DNA of 53,424 nt, counting the filler, from Stramenopiles sp. TOSAG23-2 (Eukaryota): the NCBI GenBank assembly GCA_900128395.1. It is 3 parts of 3 records of this genome, joined end to end, with 100 filler letters (N's around TTAATTAATTAA, not from the genome) between each part and the next. Parts side by side here need not be neighbours in the genome. Positions count along the whole stretch, not along the records: positions 1 to 17,789 come from LT649627.1; 2 more parts are not named here. One strand, 5' to 3'. The translations under genes were made by a program, and so were the position numbers. The notes under the pieces are model-generated. The model was not told the origin of the DNA. It was given only the letters and a program-made list of their open reading frames with translations, and made no database searches. Shown piece after piece: positions 1-8,572 of this stretch (position 1 is its first letter; the number at the start of each line of letters is the position of its first letter).

Positions 1-500
1 GATATTTTTATGTTGATAAATATGTAAATTGATATTTCAGGAATAGAGATAAATGATTTCATTGGTAAATTTAGTAGAAAAGCACCATACCAATGGTTTT
101 TTTTTTATTTTGCGAAAAGAGTATAATACAGGTATTTTTTCTATAGAGGTCAGCCGACGAGTACATGTTTCAGCCTCTTTTTCAGAAAAAGGCCGACGAG
201 GATTTTTGATAAAAAGGGGGGTATGCCATCCCTAACACCTTTGATCCATAATCCTGGTAATCAGAACTTTGTAATTTACGACAGTAAGCTAGAACGGGAT
301 TACAATAGCAAAAGTTGCCAGGTTGCATATTATAATCCTTGTTGAAGTTTGTAAGTAAATAGTAGTGTTAGTAGTATGCAGAAAATAAATATTATGTTTC
401 ATAATACAAACAAACAAACACTAAAAGTATAAGCGACAGTTTATAACTTTTACAGTGTATACATTCTGACAACTTCTTGTTATATTTAGAGGAATTCAAA

Positions 501-2864
501 ATGCGTGATAAATACATAAATATGATATTATCAATACGACGTACTTTCTTTCTATTCTTTTTTGTAAATGCTTGTATTGCAATTGTGAAAAGTGGAAGAG
601 TTAAAAAACGCATTCTAGAACAACTTTCAGTTGAAAACGAACCGGAGAAAAATGAAAACCCGTATGCCATATGCCAAAAGGAAAAAAAATATTATACTGG
701 GAAACTAGGAAAAAAGTCGGAGCCTTTATGTTGTTCATATTATAAGACACTTGATCTAAGTTCCAAAAAAAATGGATGCAAAAAAAGATGTAAGCGAAAA
801 AAGGCTGAACCAGATGCAGTTCGAACATCAGGTTTGTGTTCCCAAACCGGAATAATCACTGATATTGAAAAATGCAGAGAAAAAGGTAAAGCTCTTGGTA
901 TAATGGAACCTAGCAAAGCTACTGGCGCTGGGAAAACCGAAAGTAGAAAAACACCATATGGTTGTTATTATTCTGGTGAACATTTTTACATAAATAAAGA
1001 TAAAGAGTCTAAATATAAATGTAACAGTCGAAATCTTATATGTATCTGTGATAGACCTATCGATAAATGCACAGGATGCACGTTGAAACATGTTATTGAT
1101 AGCAACGGAGACCGGCTACATAATGTAAAAGATAGAATAGATGGACAAATTGTCCACAAAAAATGTCCACCTGGAACGGAACCGTCGTCTAATGAGGATT
1201 GTTCTTGCACTAAGTGCAAAAGAGACTTTTTTAACGCAGAAGGGAATGATAAAAAATGCATTACATGCAACACACAAGGTGAAGGATATACAACAAATTT
1301 CCTAACTGGTAAAACAGGTTGTACCCCTCCAATTACAGACATAGTTAAGTTGATAGCAAGTATGAAAGAAGAAAAAGAGGATAGTGTTTCCAAATTAAAT
1401 CGTCTTTGGCAAAAAGAAAAAATACGCTTGTTACACGATAAGATCATGTCGGAGCGCAAAGCCGCAGATAATGCCAAGGAAAAGAATTATTGCATGAATG
1501 AACGAAAACATGGGACTGTTATTTTCCCTGCAATTCAAATATCAGAAGAAATTGAAAAAGTTGAAGATACGACATGTATTGATACAAATCGTAATGAATT
1601 ATTAAAATCCTTTTGCTCATTCACATCCGATTTAGACGCTTTATTTAAGATTGAAGGTAAAAACATAGAAGCAAAATCCTTTTGGCCAAATATATGTTGT
1701 AAAGTGCGTCGAAACGAAGTAATAGAAGCGTGTGAGGATCAAAGTGGTAAAATCGATCGCAAGGATATTATTCCATTTGCCTTATCACAAGGTGGCGATT
1801 ACAGTCGCCATAACTTGTACACTGAAGTAAATGAATCCTTGCGGGTTGGGGGATATTTACATGAAGGTATGAAAAAAATGATGATCACAATAGGAATGTC
1901 AAAGGAAAGTAGGAAAGAAGTTACATCATTTTTCAATGATATTTCATTATGCGGTCCACGTATAGTAAAAATGCCAGGGAAAAGTGATATAAAATTATGC
2001 GAAATGTTTATTCCATATGGGTATAGTATGGAAAGATTTTACAATTTAGTAAACGAATTTTACACATCGAAAGTGTCTATATCTAGATCAACATCATTTA
2101 TTGAGGTTTTAGAAAAAAAATTACTGCAACGTGGGAAGCAACGGAACATCCTACGAAACAAAAAAAAGCCAAGAATTCAAGGTAATCTTGGAGCAGTGAT
2201 GAAAACGAAATCAAGTAAAATCTCGAATCCAAGTGAAGGGGTTGGAACATGTCAGCCAGATAAAAATGCACAACTCACGTTCAGCAAATCACTTCAAAGA
2301 GACTTTTGTAAAGGGGTAAATCATTTGGATTTGAGTAATACACAAATTAAAAATATTGCCATCCAATATGTTGAAAAGGATATAGATGAGGGATGCTCAA
2401 AGAGCGATACTTGTATGAATGCATTAGCAAATAAACTGCGTTATAAAGTTGATGATCATAGTAGTTGTCCAGCACCACTTTTTACAGCAGAAGATATTTC
2501 CTTGCAACAAGTAAAAATGGATGTTGCCGGTGATGAAACAGAATGGGTTGCCGTTGTAAATTTAAATACAAAATCAAAAGATGGATATTTACAAAGAGAA
2601 TTGCCATATTGTGAAAGTAGGAACTATTTAATAGGTACAGAAATAAAAGTGCGAGCCTACTATGACGATGTCGAATGTTGCAAAGGGTTGAAAGATTTTT
2701 ATAGTTGCAACGAGATGGAGTGTACATTAGAAACGTTGATGGATATAAATAATCAGAATTTTTCAAAGGTTGTTACTTTAACAGGGACTACATATCGTGT
2801 TAATACTCCAAAAACGATGAGGAGGAGGAGATTGTTGCAGGGCCATCAAAATGATATGTGTTAA
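501..2864 (+). CDS. Secreted/surface cysteine-rich protein with TNFR/GCC-like Cys module, short coiled coil and C-terminal RRRRLL motif
   Basis: Long ORF with first ATG at 501 (the track starts at TTG 477). Hydrophobic N-terminal segment FFLFFFVNACIAIV; Cys modules PYGCYY...N...C...ICIC and CPPGTEP..CSCTKCKRDFFN..KKCITC; ends MRRRRLLQGHQNDMC. Confidence 0.7.
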   Translation: MRDKYINMILSIRRTFFLFFFVNACIAIVKSGRVKKRILEQLSVENEPEKNENPYAICQKEKKYYTGKLGKKSEPLCCSYYKTLDLSSKKNGCKKRCKRKKAEPDAVRTSGLCSQTGIITDIEKCREKGKALGIMEPSKATGAGKTESRKTPYGCYYSGEHFYINKDKESKYKCNSRNLICICDRPIDKCTGCTLKHVIDSNGDRLHNVKDRIDGQIVHKKCPPGTEPSSNEDCSCTKCKRDFFNAEGNDKKCITCNTQGEGYTTNFLTGKTGCTPPITDIVKLIASMKEEKEDSVSKLNRLWQKEKIRLLHDKIMSERKAADNAKEKNYCMNERKHGTVIFPAIQISEEIEKVEDTTCIDTNRNELLKSFCSFTSDLDALFKIEGKNIEAKSFWPNICCKVRRNEVIEACEDQSGKIDRKDIIPFALSQGGDYSRHNLYTEVNESLRVGGYLHEGMKKMMITIGMSKESRKEVTSFFNDISLCGPRIVKMPGKSDIKLCEMFIPYGYSMERFYNLVNEFYTSKVSISRSTSFIEVLEKKLLQRGKQRNILRNKKKPRIQGNLGAVMKTKSSKISNPSEGVGTCQPDKNAQLTFSKSLQRDFCKGVNHLDLSNTQIKNIAIQYVEKDIDEGCSKSDTCMNALANKLRYKVDDHSSCPAPLFTAEDISLQQVKMDVAGDETEWVAVVNLNTKSKDGYLQRELPYCESRNYLIGTEIKVRAYYDDVECCKGLKDFYSCNEMECTLETLMDINNQNFSKVVTLTGTTYRVNTPKTMRRRRLLQGHQNDMC

Positions 2865-2964
2865 GTGTTTGTGTCTGTATTTGATAATACGAAGCGTACG
2901 CAGTATGATATCACATGATATAAAAATATTTTTAAAATAAATAATTAGTAATTAATATGCGCGC

Positions 2965-3084
2965 GCGTATTTTAATTTTTTATTTCTACCCATGACAAAA
3001 TTCCTACTCTCCAAAGAATACAGGTGACTGAGCCAATATAAAATAAGAGAATTTTAAATTAATATCTAATCTCACTGAAATCAA
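2965..3084 (+). repeat. Dispersed repeat family, copy A
   Basis: tttttatttctacccatgac..ttcctactctccaaagaatac..gtgactgagccaatat...ctcactgaaatcaa is the near-exact reverse complement of 3310-3402. Confidence 0.85.
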
Positions 3085-3185
3085 TATCATACGAAGTATA
3101 TATTGTACATTTATTAATATATCATATTGATAATATTAATATCATATATATAATTATCATATTATAAATAATTTACGCATAATTT

Positions 3186-3254
3186 ATTTTTAATTTACTC
3201 ATGATAATTCCTACTCTTCAAAAGAATAAAATAACTGAAATAATCTATCTCACA
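3186..3254 (+). repeat. Dispersed repeat family, copy C
   Basis: tttaatttactcatgataattcctactcttcaaaagaataaaataactga..atctatctcac; closest to the copy at 34282-34361. Confidence 0.8.
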
Positions 3255-3309
3255 CATTATATATAATTAATATATATATATATATATTTAAAAGATGTAC
3301 CATCTGCCT

Positions 3310-3402
3310 TTGATTTCAGTGAGATAGATATTAATATTGGCTCAGTCACTGTATTCTTTGGAGAGTAGGAATTGTCATGGGTAGAAATAAAAAATTAAAA
3401 TA
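3310..3402 (-). repeat. Dispersed repeat family, copy B (inverted relative to A)
   Basis: ttgatttcagtgagatag...attggctcagtcactgtattctttggagagtaggaattgtcatgggtagaaataaaaaattaaaata. Confidence 0.85.
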
Positions 3403-3513
3403 GCGTACATTTATTATATATTTAAATATATCTGCATTAAAATATCTGCATTGTACATTTATTATATTTAAAATATAGTAAATAATTTATAATATCGAAT
3501 GTGTTTTACTCTT

Positions 3514-5538
3514 TCAAGATACATTACAATCACCACCATCATACTCGCATGCATCCGAATTACACGTAAGATCACACCGTCCATTTTTTGAGACCCTACT
3601 ACTCCAACAGAACTTACTGCATACAGAATTACATTGTAAATTTATGTCATTATTACATACCGGATTACGTGCAAAATAGGTTTCCATTATATTTTTCTCG
3701 ATCAACGCTTTTAAGTTGTTGTCAACTACTGTAATGTTATTGTCCCTTGCATCTAAATATTGTAACTTATTAAATTCTGACAAATATGGTGGGAGATTTT
3801 CTACATTACACCTAGCAATTGCTAAATATAAAATCTTCCCTTTGAGGCTTTCGTCCGGAAAGATCAATAAGTTATTTCCGTTTAAATAAAGGTACAGTAA
3901 GTTAGGAAACGCTTCATCGTTAAAATTCATATTGATGTCAACACTGTTGTTACCAATATGCAGGTACTGCAAAAATGGCATTTTTACTTCTACATTACCT
4001 AAGGACGGTAGCTCCATTCCAACATTGTCTCTAATATCTACACCACGAATATTTGGGTGGGTCCATAGTGATTCTTTGTTGTAACTTGAAATTTTGTTAT
4101 AAAATAAATTAAGCCTCACTAATTTTCGCCAATTAAGAACATTAACATTAAATTCCTGTAAATTACTAAACGAAATCTGGAAATTTACCATCTCCACCAG
4201 TTGTTCCAGATTGGTCGGTACTCTGGTTAAGTTACAATTGTGGATGTGAAATTTTCTTAACCCATCCATCTCTTCCACAAGATTGTCCGGCAATTTTGTC
4301 AACTTTAAATCATTTTCGATATGCAAAGAAATACAATTACACTTTGGTTTAAAAGGACGTTTGCACCATGGTATTTTGACCACACAGCCCTTCTCCCAGA
4401 AATTTGCTATACCGAATGTCTCCTCGCATTTACTTTGCAACGACATTGTCGCAAATTGAGCAATTATCAATACAGTTAAAACCAGGATGTAAATGAAACT
4501 CAATATAAGAATTATCGTCTTTACTGTTTTAGAAAAATATTTATTTTGTAAAGTGGTTACTTGTTCTGATACGTTTTGTCGAAAAATGGAAAGACGTCTT
4601 CTATTGAAAGATGCAGAACTAATATCTTGTTGCCGAGATATTTTAAGATCCATATTATGAAACGTTGTATGTTGAAACAAACTTCGTAGTTTTCCCAATA
4701 AAGACAATGATGGCATCAGTAAAATTCTTAGAATTTCCAATATTGATAAATGGATATTATATATTGACCACATTACTACAAGTGGAACAATCAAAAAGAA
4801 TATGTCAATACAAATATCTATGAATATTTGCAAATTTCGTTCTCCGACATTCACGATGTGTTGTTTTGAACCCCAAATTTTTCGATACATAAATATAACA
4901 CGGTATAGTGATTCACTTATTAATATTATTTCAAAAAACATATTCCATCCGATTGGCAGCGTACAATTGTAGACTGCAATAATATTGCTAAATTGGATCC
5001 AATTTTCAAGAATTTCGTATATATAAATCTTATGAAAGTAAAATAAACCATTAATACCAAGATACTTGTTGTAAGTACGAAGCGCAACGGGTCCACCAGA
5101 TGCATTATTTCGATCGCTGCCGGCAGATAAATATTTCCGTTTAGTCCACTTTACCGCTTTTCGTTTCCAAGTAATTAAATAAAATATAAATTGAATGAAA
5201 AACAAGATGGAAAACGTCAAAAAAATCCAAATATATGGACGGCCAATCTCTGAAAAGGTAAAATCGCCTGTTTGGTTTGCAAATTGTGCAAAAATAATGA
5301 AATGCACTATTGATATCGATAATATCAAAACTAGCAAAAAGGTACCAAAACATCCAATTGTATTGCATACCGTCATCTCTCTTAGCACCGTTCCTACAAT
5401 TGAAGAGTTCGATTGTCTTCTATTTAATTTTTTTTTGCTTTTCTTTTTCTTCGTCATTTCTATGTTTGTATCACTTTGGATGGGGTTTTCATTCGTAGGA
5501 TTATCTTTAATTACTAAATTTATTGTATTGATTTCCAT
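3514..5538 (-). CDS. Multi-pass membrane protein with LRR array and C-terminal LNR (Notch/Lin-12)-like repeat
   Basis: 674 aa. Several hydrophobic segments in the N-terminal half, LRR motifs (LVRLNLFYNKI, LQYLHIGNN, LLYLYLNGNNL, LQYLDARDNNI) and terminal C..W...NGRCDLTCNSDACEYDGGDC typical of LNR. Confidence 0.8.
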   Translation of the reverse strand: MEINTINLVIKDNPTNENPIQSDTNIEMTKKKKSKKKLNRRQSNSSIVGTVLREMTVCNTIGCFGTFLLVLILSISIVHFIIFAQFANQTGDFTFSEIGRPYIWIFLTFSILFFIQFIFYLITWKRKAVKWTKRKYLSAGSDRNNASGGPVALRTYNKYLGINGLFYFHKIYIYEILENWIQFSNIIAVYNCTLPIGWNMFFEIILISESLYRVIFMYRKIWGSKQHIVNVGERNLQIFIDICIDIFFLIVPLVVMWSIYNIHLSILEILRILLMPSLSLLGKLRSLFQHTTFHNMDLKISRQQDISSASFNRRRLSIFRQNVSEQVTTLQNKYFSKTVKTIILILSFIYILVLTVLIIAQFATMSLQSKCEETFGIANFWEKGCVVKIPWCKRPFKPKCNCISLHIENDLKLTKLPDNLVEEMDGLRKFHIHNCNLTRVPTNLEQLVEMVNFQISFSNLQEFNVNVLNWRKLVRLNLFYNKISSYNKESLWTHPNIRGVDIRDNVGMELPSLGNVEVKMPFLQYLHIGNNSVDINMNFNDEAFPNLLYLYLNGNNLLIFPDESLKGKILYLAIARCNVENLPPYLSEFNKLQYLDARDNNITVVDNNLKALIEKNIMETYFARNPVCNNDINLQCNSVCSKFCWSSRVSKNGRCDLTCNSDACEYDGGDCNVS

Positions 5539-5903
5539 TATTCTATTTTTGAACTTTTTAAAGAAGGTATTTTGATATTTATATTTAATGATAGCAACCG
5601 TCTCCAGTCATTTAATTTTTATGTCCGTGTATCAGAATAAGAATATATAAATAACAATATATATAATACGAGAGAGAGAGAGAGGTTGCAAAAAGGATAA
5701 TATTTTCATCGTGTTGTTTTTTATTGAGAATGCGAATAGTATGGGAATAGCATTGAACACTAATACAAACTTTTACATAGTAAATAGGATTGAACATAGT
5801 AAATAGGATTGAAGCAAAAGCGCCCAAATTGAACAAAAAAAAAAAAAAAACCAACAACCCTTTGTCCCTTTTTTTTTTCCAATTCCCCTTCTTCTGCACC
5901 GCT

Positions 5904-5904
<1 letters not shown>

Positions 5905-5961
<57 letters not shown>

Positions 5962-6025
5962 TTAAAAAGCTGGAGTGCACCGCTTCTTTTTTTTTTTTTT
6001 TTTTTTTTGTTGTGTTTTTTTTTTT
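5905..6025. repeat. Long poly-T tracts, each preceded by tgcaccgcttc
   Basis: A T run of about 50 nt and a second shorter run follow the same 11-mer. Confidence 0.7.
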
Positions 6026-6438
6026 GGTATAGTTCTTGAATATTTATATTTATATACTACCAACTACAATACCCTATCCATTTATTACCGATCATCAATC
6101 AACAAACAACAAACAAAAATTTTGGATTTTTACTCCTCGCAATTACAATGCTGTGTTAGTGTGAAGGCCAGGTTAAGGTGAGAAGAGAGGCACAGAGAGT
6201 ACTGTTATATAAAAACTCATTATTTTACAAGATATATTATATATATATATCCAAATCTAAATCTCTCATGAGTAAACCCCTGAGCAACATAGACAGTAAT
6301 ATTTATATACAAATATATATATATATGTACATTATATCCTCATCGCATCTTTCCATATATCTAGTGTAACACACTTATATATACGTAGTTTTTTTTAAAC
6401 CAACCAACCAAAATACATAAATTAATTTATAAAAAAAC

Positions 6439-7152
6439 ATGGTGAAAAAGAAAAGAAAAGGTGGTAAAAAAAGAAGAGGGAAGAAAAAAGGAAAGAAAAA
6501 AGGCAAAAAGAAAACATCGTTTCCAGATCGAGAATCGATGATAGAATTTGCAAAAAAAAACATGGATGTATCAAATTGGTTAATGAGTGCTCGACCAATT
6601 TTTCAAGAACGTGTTAAAATGGAAAAAGAATGTAAAGAAATTGCGAAACAAATGCGTGATCAAGCAAAAGAAGCAGGACAATCAAATGCTGAAGAATTGG
6701 AAATTAAAATACAAAATGCAATTGATCAACATAAAGAAGAAAATTATGATATATTTGATTCAGATACGGATGATGATGATTCAGCTAATAAGGATGACGA
6801 GCCTGAAGTATCAATTGATAATAAATACAAAGTTCCAAATATTGTTAAACGTTATAATTTACCAAGATTATATAGAAGTCATGAAAAGCCAAAAGCAAAA
6901 GAAAAATTATATACCAATTCGCCATTATATCATCCAACATATGATCAATCGAATTTGATAATTAAATCCAAAGGCAATGCTATTTTGGGTGGTGGATTTA
7001 CCATTTATAGACCGGCTGTTTCAATAGGAATATATAAAGATAAAAATTGGAAGGGTTACAATAAATTTCAGAAGAATAACAATAATGATGATGACGGCTT
7101 TATTTTCGATGATGAGGATGATGATTTCAGTGATGATAAAAGATATTTTTGA
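6439..7152 (+). CDS. 5' part of a split gene (Lys-rich N-terminus, acidic tracts)
   Basis: ATG in aaaaacATG context, 237-aa ORF; overlaps the next ORF in the +1 frame. Confidence 0.6.
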   Translation: MVKKKRKGGKKRRGKKKGKKKGKKKTSFPDRESMIEFAKKNMDVSNWLMSARPIFQERVKMEKECKEIAKQMRDQAKEAGQSNAEELEIKIQNAIDQHKEENYDIFDSDTDDDDSANKDDEPEVSIDNKYKVPNIVKRYNLPRLYRSHEKPKAKEKLYTNSPLYHPTYDQSNLIIKSKGNAILGGGFTIYRPAVSIGIYKDKNWKGYNKFQKNNNNDDDGFIFDDEDDDFSDDKRYF

Positions 7153-8407
7153 AGATCATTGGGAGAAATTAAAAAATGTGTTTAGGTATTATTCGATGTT
7201 AAATGGTTCAGAACCTTTTTATCTTGGAATCAATGCGTTTACTGATTTCTGCCAAGATTCAAAAATGTTAGAGGATAAGAAAATGGGACTAAAAGACATT
7301 GATACTATTTTCATTGCAACAAATTATACAAATGAAAAAATTAAAAATTCATTAAACAATCCAGATCGAGCAGTAGTACGATATCAGTTTTTAGAAGCAA
7401 TTACACGTTTAGGAAATGCAAAATTTGGTGCGGCAAATCGAGACTTGACACCAGAAACCGCCTTGCCTCCATCAGATGCAGTTGAAAAATTAATTTTTAC
7501 ATATATACTACCTAATTGTAAAAAAATAGAACCGTTGGAATGGCGCCATGATGTCTTATATCATAGTATTCCAATCGATGATTTATTAAAAGAAAATATG
7601 GAAGAGATTGAACGTGTATATAGATTATATGCCGCAGCAATTGATGTTCCACCGCCTGGTCAGAAAAAAGTAATGTCAGTTCGAGAATTTGAAGCTGTAT
7701 GTTCGCAAATTAAATCTGTGAATAAATTATTAAATCAACGAGATATTTTAAGCGTTTTTCTAGCATCTCAACAATTATCAGTAGATGAGATAAAAAGAAG
7801 TGATCACCGTGTTTTAGCTTTTGTGGAGTTTTTGGAAAGTGTAACACGATTAGCAAATGCCATTGGTGTCAAAAGAAGGGAAAAAGAATTGCAAGCAGCA
7901 AAAGAAGCAGAAGCAGAACGATTAGAAAAAGAACGGAAAGAAAAAAAGAAAAAAAAAGGTAAAAAAAAGAAAGGTAAAAAGAAAGGAGGCAAAGCAATAA
8001 AAATTTCAGCATTAGATAAATTGAAAGGTGCTGCGATGAAAATTGGTAAAGCAGTTGTTGATGCGAAACAAAAACAAGCTGCTAAAGCAGATGGTACGAA
8101 ACCTGTGGAGGCTAGTAACTTTGCTTTAGCTGGCGCATTGAATGCAGCTCTAAATGTAAAAGACAATTTATACCAATATTTAACTGTATTTTTAGAAGAA
8201 CTAGTAATGGTTGGAAAAGTTCAAGTGAAAAAAACGGAAGATGGTGAAGGTGGCGAGGGAGGTGACATGAATGATGGCAATAAAGGCGATGATAATAATA
8301 ATTTAGATGACAGTATAACAAGTGTAGATGGATTGAATAGCCCAATGAGTGGTCATGGTAGCGATACTCGAAATCCCCTAAGTCCATTGAGTCCTACCAC
8401 AATGTAG
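7133..8407 (+). CDS. 3' part of the split gene: EF-hand-like helical-repeat protein of unknown function
   Basis: Two related blocks (FTDFCQD...DIDTIFIATN...AVVRYQFLEAITRL and REFEAVC...DILSVFLAS...LAFVEFLESVTRLA) and a KKKGKKKKGKKK tract echoing the upstream ORF. Start boundary is approximate. Confidence 0.65.
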   Translation: MIKDIFEDHWEKLKNVFRYYSMLNGSEPFYLGINAFTDFCQDSKMLEDKKMGLKDIDTIFIATNYTNEKIKNSLNNPDRAVVRYQFLEAITRLGNAKFGAANRDLTPETALPPSDAVEKLIFTYILPNCKKIEPLEWRHDVLYHSIPIDDLLKENMEEIERVYRLYAAAIDVPPPGQKKVMSVREFEAVCSQIKSVNKLLNQRDILSVFLASQQLSVDEIKRSDHRVLAFVEFLESVTRLANAIGVKRREKELQAAKEAEAERLEKERKEKKKKKGKKKKGKKKGGKAIKISALDKLKGAAMKIGKAVVDAKQKQAAKADGTKPVEASNFALAGALNAALNVKDNLYQYLTVFLEELVMVGKVQVKKTEDGEGGEGGDMNDGNKGDDNNNLDDSITSVDGLNSPMSGHGSDTRNPLSPLSPTTM

Positions 8408-8572
8408 ACTAAAATCTAATGAGTAAATATAATTTTTTTTACGAAAATAATAAAGTTTATAATTATAAATAAGAGATTAAATTAATTACGAACGTAAATA
8501 TTTATGATAAACGACGTAAAAAATATTTTTTTTATATTTTTATTTTAAACATCTTTTCCTTCGTTTTAATAC

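Noticed and set aside
5612-6181. Poly-Lys/poly-Phe ORFs and a possible retroposon poly(A) tail
   Set aside because: The ORFs are products of homopolymer tracts. No element body or target-site duplication is visible, and low-quality sequence is likely.
7150-7152. TGA as selenocysteine or read-through codon
   Set aside because: The same frame reaches TAG about ten codons later, and the conserved-looking sequence continues in the +1 frame.
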